NCBI GenBank assembly: GCA_009937625.1
Contig: JAACFA010000029.1
Location: forward strand, 1 to 51,522
Direction: 5' to 3'
Source: Gammaproteobacteria bacterium
GTDB taxonomy: Bacteria > Pseudomonadota > Gammaproteobacteria > GCA-001735895
Length of the DNA: 51,522 nucleotides
Shown here: positions 46,771-51,522 of the stretch, piece after piece
How positions within the stretch are numbered: position 1 is the first letter of the stretch
Layout of the letters: every line of letters begins with the position of its first letter
The notes under the pieces: generated by a model
The model's database searches: none
The model's input: the letters and a program-made list of their open reading frames with translations, nothing else
Told to the model about the DNA's origin: nothing
Position numbers and translations under genes: made by a program

Positions 46771-49044
46771 TTATAGAAGTGAGGCGCAAATTTTCTGCTG
46801 AACGTCGTCGACATTGCGATAAACGACGCCATGGACGTCACTTTCAAGCATCGTGACCTGTTTGTTTTCCGACTGTATCAGTTTTTCGAGGGTTTTGATG
46901 CTGGCCGGGTCGACCACGGGGTCGCGATTACCCTGGTAAAGGTAGACATCTGCTGTGATCGTGAGGCTATCTTCGGTCAAATGGTTGATAAGTTGCTGCA
47001 ACTGGTACAGCGCCCTGACAGGAATATGCTGATAGTTGAGGTCCGGGTTCTCTGGCTCATTGGGACGGAACGGGACCAGGCCCTCCTCGGTAACCCAGCT
47101 CACCAGTCGGTTGGCGTGGTGCAGGAGCGGCACAAAAATCATGTTCTTGTTGCGAAAATGTACCGGGGCCGACACGCTGCTGACCGATTTTATACGGCGA
47201 TTGGGATTATTTGCCGCATGGTTCAGCGCCAGCAGCCCGCCAGTCGAAAAGCCGACGATATGCACCGACTGGCTGTAGGCCTTGACGATGTCGTAACCGC
47301 GTTCTACCGAGGCGGCCCAGTCATGCCAGCTGCGGGTGCGTAGATCCCAGGGTGAAGTGCCGTGGCCCTTCAGGCGTACCCCGAGCACGTGATGACCATC
47401 GGCGTGCAGGCGCTCAGCGAGGCTTCTCAGTTCGGCCGGACTCGACAGGAATCCGTGTATCAAGATTACCGCGCTCGCGGACTTGCGTTTGGACTTCAGG
47501 AAGTACCAGTTGGCGTCGGCGCTCTGTGTTTGTAGCGCGTTGATCTCGTGGTAACGCTCGCGCTGAAACCGGCTGTAATCCCATTCATAGGCAAGCAGCT
47601 GGTCGTCGAATTGATAATCGGCCAGCGCGCGCGCGTCGACCTTGTCGGTACGGGCCATCGCGTTCTCGATAATCCGGGTCACCTTCGACAAAGGACTGAT
47701 TTCATTGGCGTACACGCTGATGAGATTCTCGGTACGCACCTCGTCGATCTCGAAATCGTGGATTAATTTAGGCTCGAGCCTGTACTCACCCTGTTCCACG
47801 TGCAGCAGTTTCATGTTTTCGGCAGTCTTCAGAAATTGCTCCAGCCGGCTGCTGCCCCGATTGATTATGGCGCCGTACTCTTCGGGGTTGCGCAGGCTGC
47901 GATGCAAATCGTAGCTCGATCGCTGTAACAGCTTGATACTGAGGTAGAGCATCTTGTGAAAGCGGCCGCAATCGATGCGCTGCAACCCGCCCTGGAACAA
48001 TCGCAATACGATCAACGACGCGATATGACTGAGATTGATGGTGACGGCCTCGTACATCGAATGCATGTAGGTATCGCGCAGCTTGCCGGACTTCGCCTTC
48101 ATGCCGAGGGCGTGTATCCGGCCGCCCCAGTGTCCCGGTTTGGGTTTGAGCGCGAACAATTCGTCCAGCGATTCGAAGCGATGCACGACGTTCGGCAGCA
48201 ACCGCTTTTCCCACCAGCGCCAGTAGTCGCCGGCGACGATCGGCGTCGAAAAACGGATATCCATATCTGTGTCCTTGAACAACAGGTTGCCTTCGATGAT
48301 TAATTCCTCGGCAAAGCGCTTGTTGATGCCGCGGTTAAACAGGCGCGCAGCCTGGTGCAGGATATTGTCGCTGACGCGGATCGGGTAAAAGGTAATGTGG
48401 CTCGGCACGATAATCGTGGGCTTGACCGCCTGCATCATCAGGTGCTCGACATCGTTGAAATCCATTTGCTCGGCCCAGCGCTCCACCCGGTCGTAGCGAC
48501 CCGCCGCGTAATCGTGCAGTAACGCGGTTTTAAACGCGTCCAGCGCCAGCGCGATGACCGCCGAGCCGCGGTGATGCTTGCGGCGTTCGTTCGCGGTGCG
48601 GGAAAAAACACTGTATTCACCGCGGTGATCGATCACGCGCTTGTCCTTGACCATGCCGCCTTCGGGGAAAACGATCAGCTTGCGATCATGCAGCAACTCG
48701 CGTGCGAGGAAAGGGAACAGGTTTGGCAAATCGTTGGGCACTACGCCGATCGAGTAGAGAAACTGGCTAAAGCGTTCGTCACCCGCGAAAAAATCCGCCG
48801 CGGCGACCGAGCGGCAGTAGGCGCCGGTGGCCTCGTTGATCAGGTATTGCGGGATAAAAGTCTCGAAGCGCGCAAAATGGTTGAACAGGAAAATGTTGCC
48901 CTGGTGCACTGTATCGTGTTCACCGCTGCCGTCCTGGTGCAGCTTGATATTGAGTTTTAGCAGCTTCTTGGTAGTGCGAAAGGCCCTGACACAAAAGTCG
49001 TAGACCCGGGTGTTGATTTGCGGATTTTCGGGGTCGGCGGGCAT
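46771..49044 (-). CDS. Fusion protein: N-terminal PlsC-like acyltransferase domain, long middle region, and a C-terminal alpha/beta-hydrolase (lipase/esterase) domain
   Basis: 757 aa. NHFARFE (HX4D-like, E for D) and VFPEGGM acyltransferase blocks. C-terminus has VILIHGFLSS, nucleophile elbow GFSTGG, then GNRDPVVD and DVHGVV (Ser-Asp-His). Confidence 0.8.
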   Translation of the reverse strand: MPADPENPQINTRVYDFCVRAFRTTKKLLKLNIKLHQDGSGEHDTVHQGNIFLFNHFARFETFIPQYLINEATGAYCRSVAAADFFAGDERFSQFLYSIGVVPNDLPNLFPFLARELLHDRKLIVFPEGGMVKDKRVIDHRGEYSVFSRTANERRKHHRGSAVIALALDAFKTALLHDYAAGRYDRVERWAEQMDFNDVEHLMMQAVKPTIIVPSHITFYPIRVSDNILHQAARLFNRGINKRFAEELIIEGNLLFKDTDMDIRFSTPIVAGDYWRWWEKRLLPNVVHRFESLDELFALKPKPGHWGGRIHALGMKAKSGKLRDTYMHSMYEAVTINLSHIASLIVLRLFQGGLQRIDCGRFHKMLYLSIKLLQRSSYDLHRSLRNPEEYGAIINRGSSRLEQFLKTAENMKLLHVEQGEYRLEPKLIHDFEIDEVRTENLISVYANEISPLSKVTRIIENAMARTDKVDARALADYQFDDQLLAYEWDYSRFQRERYHEINALQTQSADANWYFLKSKRKSASAVILIHGFLSSPAELRSLAERLHADGHHVLGVRLKGHGTSPWDLRTRSWHDWAASVERGYDIVKAYSQSVHIVGFSTGGLLALNHAANNPNRRIKSVSSVSAPVHFRNKNMIFVPLLHHANRLVSWVTEEGLVPFRPNEPENPDLNYQHIPVRALYQLQQLINHLTEDSLTITADVYLYQGNRDPVVDPASIKTLEKLIQSENKQVTMLESDVHGVVYRNVDDVQQKICASLL

Positions 49045-49171
49045 TAGCGGCTTCCTTTGACTGCCGTTAAGTGCGTTGATTGTAAGTCCATATGCAATAA
49101 GGCTCTATTAATTGTTAAGAAGTTCCGATTGCGGCCGATAAATACGCTGTAAATAACTGTTTCTTATACCA

Positions 49172-49843
49172 ATGCGTCAACGTCTTTGTCTACCGTTAGT
49201 GTTGCTCGCGATACTTTTTCCAGGTCACGTCATGGCATCCGCTGCCGTCTATGATTTTCGAGTTGTCATCGATGTCTCCGGCAGCATGAAAAAAACCGAT
49301 CCGCAAAATCTGCGCGTGCCGGCCTTGAAGCTGATCAACGGGTTGATACCGAGTGGGTCCCGTGCGGCGTCTGGATTTTCGGCAAGTACGTCGACATGGC
49401 CGTGAAATGGGGCGAGGTCAACGATAACTGGCGTCAGCAGGCTGACCTCGGCGCCAACAAGATCCCATTCCAATGCCCTGCTGACCAATATCGAGAGCGC
49501 ACTGGCGCGGGCCGGCGTCGGCTGGGACAAGCCTGACCCCGGACGCAAGCGAATCCTGTTGTTGCTGACAGACGGTAAAGTCGACGTGTCGAAAGACCCG
49601 GCGAAAAACGAGAAGTCGCGCAACCAGGTGTTGACGGCAAGCCTGCAGGCCTCGAAGAAGGCGGGCTTCGAGGTTCACTCTATCGCACTTTCAGATGCGA
49701 CCGGCGAGGTGCTGCTGAGACAACTGGCGCTCGAGACCGGCGGATCGTTCGGCGGCGGCAAGGATCACGAACTGGATTTGCACCAGCTCAAGAAGATGCT
49801 GGCGGCCCGGCCAGTCGCGTCGAGACGGACGGCTCAGAAATAA
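49172..49843 (+). pseudogene. Secreted von Willebrand factor A (VWA) domain gene interrupted by two single-base frameshifts
   Basis: Track ORFs 49172..49405 and 49559..49843 share a frame. The segment between them (GVWIFGKYVDMAVKWGEVNDNWRQQADLGANKI) reads in another frame from 49366 to ~49464. Joined, they give signal peptide + DVSGSM (MIDAS) ... LLLLTDG ... VHSIAL. Confidence 0.75.
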
Positions 49844-50409
49844 TCGGGCTCGTTGCCGGCGCGCCACTTGATATTGCAGCCCACGCTGGGGATCTGATCG
49901 CCGGTAATTTCATCGCCGGCGAGCAATGCGTCGACCGCGGCGCGCATATCGCGACCGTCGACCGCGACGCTGTTACCTGGCCTCGAGCCGTCGTACTGCC
50001 CGCGGTATACCAGTCGATGGTTTTCATCGAACAGGAAGAAATCCGGGGTACAGGCGGCGCGATAGGCCACCGCGACCCGCTGCGATTCATCGTACAGGTA
50101 GGGGAACTCGAAGCCCCGGTTGCGCGCCAGGTCTGCCATTTTTTCCGGGCCGTCAGCCGGGTAGCCGGCAACATCGTTGGCACTGATCATGACCACGCCG
50201 AGGTCGCGGCATTGCGCTTCGTTGGCGAAGTCGGTAAAGGAATCGAGGATATGCAGCACGTAGGGGCAATGGTTACAGGAAAAAACCACCAGCAGCGGTT
50301 TGCCGGCAAAGTCGGCAAGACTAACGCTGTTGCCGGTAGCCGGTTCGGGTAATGCGAAATCGGGGGCCTGGGTGCCGATACCCAGCATCGTCGACGGGGT
50401 TTCTGCCAT
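49834..50409 (-). CDS. Thioredoxin-fold (AhpC/TSA-like) protein
   Basis: Track ORF 49834..50547; ATG 50409 (MAETPSTMLGIGTQAPDF...) preferred. Redox motif FSCNHCPYV. Confidence 0.85.
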   Translation of the reverse strand: MAETPSTMLGIGTQAPDFALPEPATGNSVSLADFAGKPLLVVFSCNHCPYVLHILDSFTDFANEAQCRDLGVVMISANDVAGYPADGPEKMADLARNRGFEFPYLYDESQRVAVAYRAACTPDFFLFDENHRLVYRGQYDGSRPGNSVAVDGRDMRAAVDALLAGDEITGDQIPSVGCNIKWRAGNEPDYF

Positions 50410-50517
50410 TGCTGTCCTCGCGTGGTTTGCGTGCGGCGAATTATAACCCATCAGGCGGCAGGTGCTAAAGCGCGGCATATGGGCCGCGGGCGGCTTGCTA
50501 GGGGATGACGGTTTGAG

Positions 50518-50548
50518 GATGCCCCCGCCGCTTTGCGGCGGGGGCATC
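50518..50548 (-). terminator. Perfect 14-bp GC-rich hairpin 3 nt downstream of the amine-oxidase stop (no U-tract)
   Basis: GATGCCCCCGCCGC-TTT-GCGGCGGGGGCATC. The stop TAA of the upstream minus-strand gene is at 50554..50552. No T/A run on either side, so function as an intrinsic terminator is uncertain. Confidence 0.4.
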
Positions 50549-50551
50549 TAG

Positions 50552-51522
50552 TTAGAAGTTCTGGTGGATTTCGGTGGCTACGCGTTCGCCGGACAGAACG
50601 GCGCCGTTCATGTACGACCAGTACTCCGCGTCGTAGGCTTCGCCGGCGAAGAACACCCGGCCCTGGATGTCGCTTTCCCACTGCGAGCCCCACCAGGTCG
50701 TCATCGTGCCGACCGACGGCGACGTGAACGCGCTTTTCGCCAGCGGGTCGTCGATCCAGTTGGACACGAGACCGCCGACTTCGGGCCGATACCTGGCGCT
50801 GATGCCGGGCCAGATCTGTTCGGCCTGCAGCAGGACCCTATCGACATCGGCCTGCGCCGCCGGACCGTGAAGCTCTTTGCTTCTCAGTTTGCGCGCCTCG
50901 GCGCCGCCGTTGTAATTGACCAGCACGCCGAGCGGCGACGGGTTGCCGGGTTCGCCTTCCCAGGTCGAGATAAAGCCGGAATATTGCCTCGCCGTCTCGC
51001 CGCCAAAGGAATAGGCGCGCGCGGCCTGGTGAACTTCCTGCGGAGACTCCGGAGGCTGGTTTTGGAACTTGACGTCCCGCGTCAGGTCCCATGGCAGGCG
51101 GCCGTCGAGGGGATTAAATTCCATCATCACCTTGCCGTTGTCGGAGACATTGGTACTGGATTCGAAACCGAGGCGTTTTTCGAAGGCGAAATGATTGTAG
51201 ATCCGCGGATCGATATCGACCTCCTTGATGAGGTTCATCGGCTGCGCCATGACGAGTATGTCGCATTCTACCTGCTGGCGGACACCCTGGAACTTGAGGC
51301 TGAAAGGTCCACCGTGGCTGCCCGTTACAGCCTCCAGTTTCATGTCGAACTCGACCGTACCCGGCGGCAGTTGCTCCTCCATCCGTTTGGGGATCAGATC
51401 GTTACCGCCGACCACGTGCAAGCGCTCGTCGGTGCCCGCGAGCGGCAGGCCGCCCGAGTTATGCGTGTTCCAGGCGAGCAGGTAAATCAGGTTGAGCGCC
51501 GAGTTGCCGACGGTGATGCCGT
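50552..51522 (-). CDS. Flavin-containing amine oxidase family protein, C-terminal part; the gene runs off the right edge
   Basis: The track ORF starts at 51421 only because of an alternative start. My translation stays open to 51522 (...GITVGNSALNLIYLLAWNTHNSGGLPLAGTDERLHVVGGND...). C-terminal FFAGEAYDAEYWSYMNGAVLSGERVA is the amine-oxidase signature. Confidence 0.8.
   Translation of the reverse strand, partial: GITVGNSALNLIYLLAWNTHNSGGLPLAGTDERLHVVGGNDLIPKRMEEQLPPGTVEFDMKLEAVTGSHGGPFSLKFQGVRQQVECDILVMAQPMNLIKEVDIDPRIYNHFAFEKRLGFESSTNVSDNGKVMMEFNPLDGRLPWDLTRDVKFQNQPPESPQEVHQAARAYSFGGETARQYSGFISTWEGEPGNPSPLGVLVNYNGGAEARKLRSKELHGPAAQADVDRVLLQAEQIWPGISARYRPEVGGLVSNWIDDPLAKSAFTSPSVGTMTTWWGSQWESDIQGRVFFAGEAYDAEYWSYMNGAVLSGERVATEIHQNF

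Overview
This looks like a chromosomal segment of a moderately GC-rich Gammaproteobacterium; the taxon is a guess from gene content. About 50 tightly packed genes are present, and I saw no transposase, integrase, CRISPR array, tRNA or rRNA. The contents fall into five blocks. (1) 1-14382 is an all-exported, uncharacterised locus: an ApbE fragment; four large Tat/lipoprotein/CXXCH proteins; two outer-membrane (OM) barrels; TlpA-DUF4266-DUF3570; and an orphan ShlB/FhaC-type barrel. This is my best candidate for an undescribed flavin-plus-haem envelope redox system. (2) 14441-22044 is a methylamine/betaine-type cluster: MFS transporter, PhnD-like protein, non-Pyl MttB, an FAD oxidoreductase, and a dimethylglycine-dehydrogenase-like gene broken into three frames. 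(3) 24225-31019 holds a complete System I ccmABCDEFGH set. ccmD is missing from the ORF track, and ccmI is broken near its 3' end. (4) 31048-35479 is gluQ-dapE-arsC family-dapD-dapC. It is followed by an isolated FlgF C-terminal relic, a HutZ-like gene, and an orphan CbbQ/NorQ ATPase. (5) 37745-38330 is an unusual non-coding region with a GGA-rich candidate sRNA ending in a strong terminator, followed by two 142-bp tandem repeats. The rest is housekeeping and envelope genes (M48 peptidase, COX15, ispF, nagZ, MscS, hpt, MTAP, NUDIX), a GGDEF protein, an acyltransferase/hydrolase fusion, a frameshifted VWA gene, a thioredoxin-like gene and a partial amine oxidase. Gene disruptions hit accessory genes only. 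All family calls rest on motif recognition by eye, not on database searches.
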